Shown: one piece after another, positions 1 to 11,060 of the stretch
How the letters are laid out: each line of letters starts with the position of its first letter
Numbering within the stretch: the stretch's first letter is position 1
Assembly: GCF_902713615.1 (NCBI RefSeq)
Contig: NC_052152.1
Span: 116,094,033 to 116,158,032, forward strand
Length of the DNA: 64,000 nucleotides
Source: Scyliorhinus canicula
Lineage: Eukaryota
Reading direction: 5' to 3'
The notes under the pieces: model-generated
Told to the model about the DNA's origin: nothing
What the model saw: only the letters and a program-made list of their open reading frames with translations
Databases searched by the model: none
Program-made: the position numbers and the translations under genes

Positions 1-555
1 GGTTCTGATTATGAGGTAGTGGTGAACAGTTGTTACCAGAGTGTTGATAAAGAGGAACTTTCAGATGAATGTTTTGACTTTGACCTAGGTTCTGATTCCG
101 AAATAATGGTAAACAGTTGGTGCAAGAGGGAAGGCAGGGAGGAAGGGTCAGGCGACAGCCTTGACTCTGATTTTAGGACTGACTATGACGCAATGATGAT
201 CAGTTGTTCCTGAGTAGACTCAATTGAACTTGGACCATTGGCAAGTGATTCTTCAAAAGCTAGTAAAGGAGTTAGCAACCCAAATGAAGTAGGTGAGTTG
301 GACTTGCCTAAAAGTACTTTTTTACCACCTCTTGTAGTAAACCCATTGCCATTCCCTTCAGGTAAAAGGTTCCCAGAGCAAGCTTGCTCTGAAGGAAAGT
401 ATACCTGACTGCACGGCATCCTTTAGTCAGGCCAAAAGCAGTAAGGACTATGGAGTGGTACCAAGCAGGCAACTGGTGGCTAATGAGTTGGCTCAAGTGC
501 CTGTGCCTTGCCAGGTGGCCAGTGGAAATTTGTTCTGGTCCCTTTGCCATGTTTC

Positions 556-862
556 TTTTTAATAATAATCTTTATTAGTGTCACAAGTAGGCTTACATTA
601 ACACTGCAATGAAGTTACTGTGAAAATCCCCTGGTCGCCACACTATGGCGCCGGTTTGGGTACACAGAGGGAGAATTCAAAATGTCCAATGTGCAAGCAA
701 CAAGCACGTCTTTCGGGACTTGTGGGAGGAAAGCGGAGCACCGGAAGGAAACCCACACAGACACAAGGAGAGCATGCAGACTCCACCCAGACAGTGATCC
801 AAATCGGAAATCGAACCTGGAGCTGTGAAGGAACAGTGCTAACTACTGTGCTACCGTGCTGG
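556..862 (-). mobile_element. V-SINE head with a Rex1-like tail; the same tail occurs with a different tRNA head at 32697-32878 and 45228-45430, and as fragments at 62245-62350 and 63570-63635
   Basis: Tail TTTTCACAGTAACTTCATTG...CTTGTGACA(CT)AATAAA. Confidence 0.75.
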
Positions 863-984
863 TCTTAGTGTCCCAAGGCTGGAGTTTGTTTCATTTTCAA
901 TTCTGCAAGCTGGATGGAGGGATCTAACCAACTCACTCCAGGAATATCCAATTAATCCTCACCAAAGGGCCACATGTCTCTTCA

Positions 985-1816
985 GAAAAGGCTGTGCAAA
1001 CTGAATCCAGAGTCTGATAACGCTCTGTCTTGAAAAAAAGGCTGATGTGAAGCAGAGACCAGAATCTGATAACTTTTTAAGAACAAGCTGATGTGAAGCC
1101 AGAGGTCTCTCCTGGAAATTATGCATGATATACTGCTGATGCTGAGCTGCAAAGAAAATAATTACAAGCTGAAGACCAGAGAATTTAATCCAATCTCATA
1201 CTGTGAAGAGAATGCACTAAAGGACTCATCATCTAGAGCAAGGACTCTTTTCTTTTTGTTTATAAATTTAAAGTACCCAATTCTTTTTTTTCCAATTAAG
1301 AGGCAATTTAGCGTGGCCAATCTACCTACCCTCCACATCACATGGGGGTGAGACCCACGCAAACACGAGTGAATGTGCAAACTTCACACGGACAGTGACC
1401 CAGTGCTAGGTCCTCAGTGTCGTGATGCAGCAGTGATAACCACTGCGCCACCTCAAGGACTCTTATCTTTTGACCTCAATTCTTATCCTTATTCATCCCT
1501 TTCCTTCCCCTCAGTGTTTGTCTATCTTGTGTGTGTGGGTAGAGGGTGGGGCAGTTAAGGCACATTTAAAGGACATTTTAAGGGACAGTTAAATGACATT
1601 TAACAAACTGTATTCACAGTATATTTCATCTTTATTCCAGTGTCATAAATAAACAGCAATTTTGTTTAAACTTACAAATCTGGTGATTGTAATTATTGGG
1701 CAGCCAAGGGCCAAAGATTTTGGGCATTTTTATACGAATGGTTAATTCACTTGTGCTGTGAATCCAGGTTACATGGGGATGGAATCCATCACACCCTAGC
1801 CCAGGATGGTGTAACA
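985..1816 (+). mobile_element. LTR-like sequence related to 19584-20402 (5' boundary uncertain)
   Basis: Shared blocks (GTGTTTGTCT..TGTGTGTG, TTATTGGGCAGC.AAG.GCCAAAGA) and the terminal TGTAACA. Confidence 0.55.
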
Positions 1817-2637
1817 GTACATTATAGTCTACCAACTAGAAGGATAGAGAGAGAGGAGTAAATGGTCAGGCAAATTGTTTCCAAGTTTGGCAATCCTCAA
1901 AGTAGAAAGGTGATCTAGTCCTGATGATGATGATGATTACTGAGGGAAAGATGTAAATTGTGGAGGATCTGACCACAATGTTCGAAGATATGGAATCATA
2001 AAATTGTTACAGCACAGTAGGCCATTCAGCCCATCATTCCCATTTTGGCTCTCTACCAGAACAGCACTCACCTAGACCCCCTTCTTGCCTTTTGCCTGTA
2101 AACTTGCAAATATTTTTCTTTTCTGATAATGATCCAATGCTCTTTCGAAAGCTACGATTGAAACTGCCTTCACCTCACTCTCAGGCAGCACAGTCCAGAT
2201 CTAAGTCACAAGCTGAATTTAAAAGTTTCTCCTCCTGTCTCCATTGCTTCTTTTGCCAATCAACTCAAATCTGTGTCCTCTAGTTCTCAATTCTTCCACC
2301 AATGGGAACAGTTTCTCCCTGTCGACTCTGTTCAGGGCCCTCGTGATTTAGAATACCTCGAATAAATCTCTCAATCTTCTTTGAGGACAAAAGGCCCCGG
2401 CTTTTCCAATGTATCCTCATAACTGAAGTTCCTCATCCCTGGAAGCATCCTCGTGCATCTTTTCTGCACTCTCTACAAATGCCTTCACATCCTTACTAAA
2501 GTGCTACGCCCATAACTGGCGACAATACTCCAGTTGAGGCAAAACTGGTGTTCTAGTGCTGTATAACTCTAATTATAAAGCCCAAGAGCCCATATGCTTT
2601 ATTAACCACTCTCAAATGGTCCAGCCGCTTTCAATGG

Positions 2638-3635
2638 TTTGGATTGGATTTGTTTATTGTCACGTGTACCAAGATACAGTGAAAAGTATTTTTCTGCGTG
2701 CAGCTCAAACAGATCATTTAGTATTTGAAAAGAAAAAATACATAATTGGGCATTATTATTATTATTAACACAAGGTACATGATGTAAATACCTAGACACC
2801 GGCATTGGGTGGAGCATACAGGAGTGTAGTATTAATCAGGTCAGTCCATAAGAGGGTCGATTAAGTCTGGTAACAGCGGAGAATGTTTTTCAATTTGTTC
2901 GTGCGTGTTCTCAAATTTTTGTAACTCCAGCATGATGGAAAAAGTTGGAAGAGTAAGCAAGGTGGGAGGGGTCTTTGATTATGCTGCCCACTTCCCAAGG
3001 CAGCGGGAGGTGTAGATGGAGTCCATGGATGGGAGCGGGTTTGTGTGATGGACTGGGTGGTGTTCACGACTCTCTGATGTTGCTTGCGATCTTGGGCCGA
3101 GCAGTTGCCATACCAGGCTATGATTCAGCCAGATAGGATACTTTCTATGATGCACCTGTAAAAGTTGGTAAGAGTTAGTGTGAGGACATGCCGAATTTCC
3201 TTAGTTTCCTGAGGCAGTATAGGCGCTGTTGTGCTTTCTTGGTCCAAAGATGTGCAGGTTAGGTGGATTGGCCATGATAAAGTGCCCTAAGTGTCCAAAA
3301 TTGCCCTTAGTGTTGGGTGGGGTTACTGGGTTATTGGGATAGGGTGGAGGTGTTGAACTTGGGTAGGGTGCTCTTTCCAAGAGCCAGTGCAGACTCGATG
3401 GGCCGAATGGCCTCCTTCTGCATTGTAAATTCTATGATCTATGATAACGTCGATGTGGGTGGACCAGGGCAGATTTTTGATGATGTGCACACTTAGGAAT
3501 TTGAAGCTGACAATCATCTCCACCTCAACACCGTTGATCCAGACAAGGGTGTGTATAGTACTTTGCTTCCTGAAGTCAATGACCAGCTCTTTAGTTTTGC
3601 TGGCATTGAGGGATAGATTGTTGTCGTTGCACATA
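2638..3635 (-). mobile_element. Rex1/Babar-type LINE 3' fragment with an internal SINE piece (3243-3440)
   Basis: NNLSLNASKTKELVIDFRK...FKFL.VHI...WSTH; 3' end GTGACAATAAACAAATCCAATCC. Confidence 0.8.
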
Positions 3636-3859
3636 TACACGCATTTCACTCTGCTCCGCACCCCTTTTTACTGTCTGTCCTCATTCTTCCTGCCAAAATG
3701 TGATGAATTTCATCTGCTCTGTGTCCGTCCATTCCTACAGACTGTCCTCCTGAAGTGTTATCAATATCCTTCTCATTGTTTATATTATTTCCAAGATTTC
3801 GGTCATCCGCAAATTTTGAAACTGCGCCCTATACACCCAAATCTAGGTAATCAATCATC

Positions 3860-5360
3860 TACTTCTCATGGACCAATTTCTTTATTGTACTTGGTGTGAG
3901 CTCCCCATGTCCTTATTAAATTGCCAGGGGGCCAGTCATAACAACTTACTTCCTCCAAATAAAAGGTGTTGTTACGGGTACCCGTGTGGGTCCCAGCTAT
4001 GCCTGCCCTTTTGAAGGTTATGTTGGAACATTCCTTGTTCCAGTCCTACTCAGGTCTCTCCCACGTCTTTCTCTCTCCCAGAATAGTATGTTAATTACTA
4101 TTTCTGTGTTGTTTCCTACTCCTGCCATGAACAAAAAAACATTGTCAACCGTGTTTGCAATTCCCACTCTTCCCTCAGTTTCACATGTTTATCCCCAACT
4201 CTTCCCTTCCTTGACTTCGGTCACTATTTCTGGGGCTAGGCCCTTAATCAAGATTCATTATAGGGCCACTGACTCCCATAGGTAACTCCACTATACTTCT
4301 ACACCACCTGCTTCCTGTAAAAACTCAATTCCATTCTCCCAGTTTCTCCACCTCCTTTGCATCTGTTCACATGATGCAACCTTCCTTTTTCCTAAATCAA
4401 GGATCCCATGCCTCCCCCAAGCACACACCCTCATCCCACTGTGGTTGCCAGAGGCCTCGAAAATGTCCTGCCCATTTCATGCATTTCTGACCTCACTCCT
4501 TCCGCTCCCTCCCAGATATGCTACCCTTGGTTATCATCAGATCATTGTTATTTCTACTGCCTCCATTCAGCAAGTCATCATTATACATATTTGCCCCAAC
4601 CATTTCGGCATTCTCTCTGTTACCCTGCTAAACTCCTCACTTCTCCCCCCTCGCCCCCAAAACACCGTGTCTCCTCTGCACGGCAGCTTCCCACAGGTGC
4701 AGGAGTTGTAACACATGCCTCCTTACCTCCTCCCTCCTCAAACACTCCTTTCTAGGTGGAAGAGCGAGTTATGTGTCTGATGTGAGTTATGTGTCTTTCT
4801 ACCTCGTCTGCATTCCTTGCTCGCAACGTGATCCCCTCTACATTGGAGCGATTAGACATGGATTGAGTGACCATTTTGCGAGGCAATGGTCACTCAGTCC
4901 GTAAGTGTCACCCGCTCTCCGTCGGCCACCTTGGCTCTGGTGAAACACAAACATGAACTGGAGTAAGAGGGCCTTAATTTTTCCGTCTGGTCTTTCACCG
5001 ACAATTTCAGATTTCACATTGTGATTTCTGCCCTAATTTTGTTTCCTGTCTCTATTTCACTATTGATCTCAGTTTTACTATTTCTTTCAGGTGGCAGGCC
5101 TTCATTGTCCTGCCATTCACACCTCCTCTAGCCACATTGTTGGTTTCTTTTCTTGACCCACTGCCACTCGCTCTCGATCGGCATCACCATCGATTTCTCT
5201 CCTCTCTCCCACTTTATCAAGCATTTTCCCTCCTGATCTTTTTCACTTCCCACTATTCCCAGTATTGATGGCAGGTTATTGACCTGAAACACTCCCTCCC
5301 CTCTCCCCCACCCTCTCCGGCCTGCTGACCCTTTCCAGAATGTTCTCCATATTCCCCCAG
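3860..5360 (+). mobile_element. Degenerate Penelope-like element (RT and GIY-YIG remnants)
   Basis: FLQIKGVVTGTRVGPSYAC (PLE RT G.xMGT.xGPSYA); C..C...YIG-like segment ~4810-4850; terminal TTGATGG-CAGGT-TATTG-ACCTG-AAAC hammerhead-like remnant. Confidence 0.75.
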
Positions 5361-5429
5361 CTGCCAGCAGACGGCGCGCCAGAGCTCCCTATGGGCGGGG
5401 CCCGGGTGACGGGCGTCCCTGATAGACAC

Positions 5430-6051
5430 TCAGAGGATCCAATAAGAGACCGCGCTGAGCACATCCGGTAAGGTTGATTGGCTCAGCGACACTGAGGCCG
5501 GTCGCCATGAGGAAAGCTGAGCCAATGACAGTGGCGAATGTGAGGGAAGGCGGGGTTTGTCACGCGATGTCAGCCAATTAGAATGGAGGACCTCCAAGAG
5601 GGCGGGGTTGGCCCTGGCGGTCAGCCAATCGGAATGGCTGGCTTGCTGAGGGCGGGGTTTGCGTGGGGTGTCAGCCAATCAAAATGGCTGGCTTGCTGAG
5701 GGCGGGGTTTGCGGGGGCTTTCAGCCAATCAAAATGACTGGCTTGCTGAGGGCGGGGTTTGCCCGGGCGGTCAGTCAATGGTAATAGGTGCTTTGGACGA
5801 GGTCGAGGTTCCTCGGGGATATCAGCCAATGAGGACTCGACTGCGGACGAGGAAGAGGCGGGGTTATCTCTGGGATATTAGCCAATCAGAAAGGTGCCTG
5901 TGGGAGTCGTCGAGCAGCCAGGACTATTAGCCAATGAAAATAGCGGATATGTTGGTGGGCGGGGTCCCCCGGGGTTTCCCAGCCAATGAGAATGGCGTCC
6001 GGGTTATGGGCGTGGTTTTGGCGGAGGTGGCCGGGGTAAGATGGCGGCTGT
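5430..6051 (+). promoter_or_regulatory. CpG-rich KBTBD7 promoter: ~10 tandem CCAAT (NF-Y) + GC-box (Sp/KLF) modules; YY1-type AAGATGGCGGC overlapping the start codon
   Basis: CCAAT at 5522, 5574, 5625, 5675, 5725, (TCAAT 5775), 5826, 5882, 5931, 5983; GGCGGGG at ~5549, 5601, 5651, 5701, 5751, 5857, 5958. Confidence 0.8.
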
Positions 6052-6472
6052 GAGCGGCCTGTCGGGTCCCGAGTTACTGGAGGACGCGGCCCACGCCCGG
6101 GCCTTACTCCGGGAGCTCAAATCGTTCTACGATGCCCGGCTGCTGGTGGATGTGACGCTGGAGGTGGAGAGCGGCAGCCGCTTCCTGTGCAACCGCAATG
6201 TCTTGGCTGCTGCCAGCCCCTATTTCAGGAGTATGTTCACTGGCGGCCTGTTCGAGAGCAAACAGCAGCGAATCACCATCCATGAGGTGGACTCAGACTC
6301 CATGGCTCTGATCATTGATTACTGTTACACAGGCCGGGTCACCGTCTCCGAGGCCAGCGTCCAGAAACTCTATGTCGCCGCCAATATGCTGCAGCTCGAG
6401 TACGTTCGGCAGGCGTGCGCCGCCTTCATGGCCCGGAGACTGGATCTGTACAACTGCACCGGCCTCTTCAAG
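6041..6472 (+). CDS. KBTBD7: Kelch repeat and BTB domain protein (KBTBD6/7 orthologue), coding exon 1 (BTB domain)
   Basis: LKSFYDARLLVDVTLEV...CNRNVLAAASPYFRSMFTGG...DYCYTGRV...LQLEYVRQACAAFMARRLDL matches the KBTBD6/7 BTB; donor AAG|GTGAGG at 6472/6473, phase 0; MTRF1 next door fits the known human KBTBD6-KBTBD7-MTRF1 neighbourhood. Confidence 0.93.
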
Positions 6473-6479
6473 GTGAGGG

Positions 6480-8190
6480 AGGGAAATTGGATGGGGGTGG
6501 CGGGGAAGAGGCGATATGGGAGTAAGGAATTGGTGGCAACGGGAAGTGGAGGTGGAATGGGGGCGGGCAATAGGAAGGGGGCGATGGAGGTGAGCAAGAG
6601 GAGGAGGGAATGGGGTGGGCAAGAGTGAGGGAATGGGATGGGCAAGAGGAGGGGGGAATGGGGGTGGGCGAGGAGGGGGAAGGGGGTGGGCAAGAGGAGA
6701 GGAATGGGGGTGGGCAAGAGGAGGGGGGAATGGGGGTGGGCGAGGAGGGGGAAGGGGGTGGGCAAGAGGAGAGGAATGGGGGTGGGCGTGGAGGGGGAAG
6801 GGGGTGGGCAAGAGGAGGGGGGAATGGGGGGGGCAAGAGGAGGGGGGAATGGGGGTGGGCAAGAGGAGGGGGGAATGGGGGTGGGCAAGAGGAGGGGGGA
6901 ATGGGGGTGGGCAAGAGGAGAGGGGAATGGGGTTGGGCAAGAGGAGGGGGGAATGGGGGTGGGCAAGAGGAGGGGGGTGGGGGTGGGCAAGAGGAGGGGG
7001 GTGGGGGTGGACAAGAGGAGGGGGGAATGGGGGTGGGCAAGAGGAGGGGGGATGGGGTGGACAAGAGGAGGGGGGTATGGGGGTGGACAAGAGGAGGGGG
7101 GAATGGGGGTGGGCAAGAGGAGGGGGGATGGGGTGGACAAGAGGAGGGGGGTATGGGGGTGGACAAGAGGAGGGGGAATGGGGGTGGACAAGAGGAGGGG
7201 GAATGGGGGGGGACAAGAGGAGGGGGGGAATGGGGGTGGGCAAGAGGAAGGGGGGAATGGGGGTGGGCAAGAGGAGGGGGGAATGGGGGTGGGCAAGAGG
7301 AGGGGGGAATGGGGGTGGGCAAGAGGAGGGGGGAATGGGGCTGGGCAAGAGGAGAGGGGAATGGGGCTGGGCAAGAGGAGGGGGGAATGGGGGTGGGCAA
7401 GAGGAGGGGGGATGGGGTGGGCAAGAGGAGGGGGGGTGGGAGTGGGCAAGAGGAGGGGGGAATGGGGGTGGGCAAGAGGAGGGGGGATGGGGTGGACAGG
7501 AGGGGGGTATGGGGGTGGACAAGAGGAGGGGGGAATGGGGGTGGGCAAGAGGAGGGGGGATGGGGTGGACAAGAGGAGGGGGGTATGGGGGTGGACAAGA
7601 GGAGGGGGAATGGGGGGGGACAAGAGGAGGGGGGAATGGGGTGGGCAAGAGGAAGGGGGGAATGGGGGTGGGCAAGAGGAGGGGGGAATGGGGGTGGGAA
7701 AGGGGAATGGGGGTAGGAAGGCAATGGGGGTGGGCAAGAGGAGGGGGTTTGGAGGAGGGTGGAATGGGGGTGGGCAAGAGGAAGGGGGAATGGGGGTGGG
7801 CAAGAGGAGGGAGAAATGGGGGCAAATGGGCAAGAGGAAGGGGGAAGGGAGTGGACGGTCAAGAGGAGGGGAGAAGGGAGAGGACGGGCAAGGAATGGGG
7901 GTGGGCAACAGGAGGGGGGAATGGGGTGGGAAAGGGCAATGGGCGTGGGCAACAGGAGGGGGTTTGGAGGAATGTGGAATGTGGGTGGGCAAGAGGAAGG
8001 GGGAATGGGGGTGGACAACAGGAGGGAGAAATGGGGGCAAATGGGCAAGAGGCGGGGGGGGGGAGGGAGTGGCCGGACAAGAGGGTGGGATGGGGCGGGC
8101 AAGAGGAGGGGGGAATGGGGGCGGGCAAAAGGAGTGGGGAATGGGGGTGGGCAAGAGGAGGGGGGAATGGGGTGAGTGGGCAGAGGATTA
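6480..8190 (+). repeat. G/purine-rich tandem array (~24-26-bp unit GGGCAAGAGGAGGGGGGAATGGGGGT) at the start of KBTBD7 intron 1
   Basis: Direct reading; it explains the Pro/Gly-rich ORFs in all six frames. Confidence 0.95.
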
Positions 8191-8399
8191 GGGCAGCCAG
8201 AGTGAAAGATGGGAGCTCGGAGAGATTGCAACAAAGTGGTGGTGTTGTTGTCGTCGACTTAATTGATTCTCTGTTATCCCTTGTGGGAGTACTGTAAAGT
8301 TGTACCATTACTTCTAAATTGTATGTGAAGACTTTATTTTTAACTTCATAAACCCGCTTATGGTCTCTGCTCCCCAAATAGTTGGAGCTGCGGGCTGAA

Positions 8400-9490
8400 A
8401 AGAGCCCAGGTCCTAATGGACTTCATCCTAGGGTCTTAAATGTAAGTGTCTATTGAGAAAGTTGTTGCATTGATCTTAATTTTCCAAATTTCAGGAATTC
8501 CTAGTGCATGAATCACAAAAGGCTAGTATCCCAGTACTGCAATTAATGAGGAAAGCCAATAGAATGGCTTTCCGTGGGGCCTCACGGTAGCATGGTGGTT
8601 AGCATCAATGCTTCACAGCTCCAGGGTCCCAGGTTCGATTCCCGGCTGGGTCACTGTCTGTGTGGAGTCTGCACGTCCTCCCCGTGTGTGCGTGGGTTTC
8701 CTCCGGGTGCTCCGGTTTCCTCCCACAGTCCAAAGATGTGCGGGTTAGGTGGATTGGCCATGCTAAATTGCCCGTAGTGTAAGGTTAATGGGGGGATTGT
8801 TGGGTTATGGGTATACGGGTTACGTGGGTTTAAGTAGGGTGATCATTGTTCGGCACAACATCGAGGGCCGAAGGGCCTGTTCTGTGCTGTACTGTTCTAT
8901 GTTCTATGTTCTAATGTTATTGCTCATTGTGAGGAGAATTGAATACAAGAGTAGGGAAGTAATGCTTCAGTAATCAAGGGTATTGATGAGACCACATCTG
9001 GAATATTGTATACAGTATTGATCTACTTATTTAAAGAAGGATGTAAATGTATTGGAGGCAGTTCAGAGAAGGTTGACCAGACTAATACCTGGAATGAATG
9101 GATGAGGAAAGGTTGGACAGGTTAGGTGTGCATCTATTGGAGTTTAGAAGAGTACGAGGTGACTTGATTGAAACATACAAGATCTGGGCCTTGACAGGGT
9201 GGGTGTGGAGAGGATGTTTCCTCGTGTGGGAGAATCTAGAACTAGGGGTCATTGTTTAAAAATAAGGTGTCGTTCATTTAAAACAGACTAGGTGAAATAT
9301 TTTCTCTGTGGGTCGCGACCCTTTGAACCTCAAGATGATGGAAGCAGAATATTTTTAAGGCAAAAGTGCATAGATTCTTGGTCTGTGAGGGGGTGAGTGG
9401 GATGCAGATTTGAGGTTACTCGGATCAGCCACAATTTTATTAAATGACTGAGCAGGCTCGAGGGGCTGAATGGCCTACTCTTTGTTCGTG
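8400..9490 (+). mobile_element. CR1 fragments with a V-SINE (8576-8912) in KBTBD7 intron 1
   Basis: KSPGPNGLHPRVL; RPHLEYC; LEAVQRRLTRLIPGM; CR1-type tail. Confidence 0.75.
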
Positions 9491-9572
9491 TGTTATTGAT
9501 TCTATTTGTAAAACTGTCCATATGTCAGGTTTCCCTGCAGAAATGCTCATCAACTCTGTAACTGTGCCTTAG

Positions 9573-11060
9573 TTTGCAGATGCCTTTGACAATATGGAGC
9601 TGAAAGAGAAGGCGCTTGCTTTTATCGCACGCAACCTGCAACATCTGTGCAGAACCGAGGAATTGTGCGAGCTGTCACCTGAGCAGATGAAAGAAATCCT
9701 GAAGCTGGACACATTGGATGTTGACAGTGAGAGGAAGGTGTGCATGGTTGCAATTCAGTGGATTAAAGCAAATGTCGTCGAGCGAGCTGCACATGCCCTG
9801 GATGTACTGAAGTGTGTCCGCTGGCATCATTTCACTGAAAAGGACCGAATGTACATCGATGCTCTAAAATCTCAGCCCATGGTCAAAAACAAGCCTCTAG
9901 GCTCCATTGTAGATGATCTTTCTACATTCCAAGGTGTGCCTGCACCTCTGCAAAACACTTCAAAGAGGATTGGATTTACTGCAAAGGAAATGGTTATATT
10001 CTTTGGCCATCGAAAGGAACCTTTCCTCTGTTACGACCCATACACTGGTGACATTTATACAATGACTTCCCCCTTGACTAGTCCTGCTCTTACCAAGTCC
10101 ATCAGTTCCCTTGCCGTCTGTGTTTCACCAGACAATGATGTGTTCTTGGCAACACAGCCAACCAAACAGCTTTGGGTGTTTAATGCAGTTCGAAACAGTT
10201 GGCAACAACTTGCTGAGCGGCTGTTGGCGAGAGAGGGGATGGATGTTGCCTATCTGAATGGATATATTTACATTCTGGGTGGTCGAGATCCATCTACAGG
10301 CCTGAAAATTAAGGAGGTTGAGTGTTACAGTATTCAGAGAAACCAGTGGATTTTTGTGACGCCTCTGCCTCATGCGTTGCATTTATTTGAGCTGATTACA
10401 GTGGGAGATTGCTTATACGCTGTTAATAATAAGAGGATGCTGTGTTACGTGCCAGAGAGGAATCAGTGGCTGAACTGTGCCTCTTTAAAACGGAGTGAGT
10501 TCCAGGAAGCATGCGTCTTCAATGACGAAATCTATTGCATTTGTGACATTCCCGTCATAAAGGTTTACAACCCTTCGAAGGGTGAGTGGCGAAGGATTAA
10601 TGATGTCCCGATCGATGCCTATATCCATAATTTTCAAATCGTTAGTCATGGGAACAAACTGCTTCTCATAACCACCACCGTTCCACAGTGGAAGAAAAAC
10701 AGGGTGACCGTTCATCAGTATGATGCAGGTGGCGATCAGTGGGTCAACATTGGTACAATGTTGGGATTGCTACACTACGACAGTGACTTCATATGCCTTT
10801 CGGCACGGTTGTATCCTTCTTGCTTGGAGCCGGGCCAGAGTTTTATTAGTGAGGAGGATGATGTCCGCAGTGAGTCGAGTGCAGATTGGGATTTTGAAGG
10901 CTCAAGTGACATTGACTCAGAGTCAGGGAGCTCCAGCTCGTTTTCAGATGACGATTGGCAGCCACCAGAAGGACTGAGAGTTGAACGAATACAGCGGAAT
11001 GGCCACTTGATCCTGCCCGACAACAGAGCGCCTCACATCAATGGCCAGATTGGAAACTAA
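9573..11060 (+). CDS. KBTBD7: KBTBD6/7 orthologue, coding exon 2 (BACK, Kelch repeats, acidic C-terminal tail); joined protein 639 aa
   Basis: Acceptor ccttag|TTT GCA GAT GCC TTT GAC gives GLFK|FADAFD, in frame with ORF 9594-11060; Kelch YIYILGGRDP and tail SFISEEDDVRSESSADWD...SESGSSSSFSDDD typical of KBTBD7. Confidence 0.93.
   Translation, partial: FADAFDNMELKEKALAFIARNLQHLCRTEELCELSPEQMKEILKLDTLDVDSERKVCMVAIQWIKANVVERAAHALDVLKCVRWHHFTEKDRMYIDALKSQPMVKNKPLGSIVDDLSTFQGVPAPLQNTSKRIGFTAKEMVIFFGHRKEPFLCYDPYTGDIYTMTSPLTSPALTKSISSLAVCVSPDNDVFLATQPTKQLWVFNAVRNSWQQLAERLLAREGMDVAYLNGYIYILGGRDPSTGLKIKEVECYSIQRNQWIFVTPLPHALHLFELITVGDCLYAVNNKRMLCYVPERNQWLNCASLKRSEFQEACVFNDEIYCICDIPVIKVYNPSKGEWRRINDVPIDAYIHNFQIVSHGNKLLLITTTVPQWKKNRVTVHQYDAGGDQWVNIGTMLGLLHYDSDFICLSARLYPSCLEPGQSFISEEDDVRSESSADWDFEGSSDIDSESGSSSSFSDDDWQPPEGLRVERIQRNGHLILPDNRAPHINGQIGN

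Noticed and set aside
1-550. Short acidic/Ser-rich ORFs
   Set aside because: Several stops and no recognisable motif; possibly decayed element sequence, but I cannot assign it
5460-5475. G|GTAAGG as an upstream KBTBD7 donor
   Set aside because: No polypyrimidine acceptor before the ATG; the intervening sequence looks like promoter
6293-8377. 368-594-aa Pro-rich and Gly-rich ORFs in all frames
   Set aside because: They arise from a stop-free G-rich tandem repeat inside an intron with valid splice sites
9594-11060. Stand-alone 488-aa Kelch gene
   Set aside because: It is exon 2 of the BTB gene; the in-frame acceptor is at 9573
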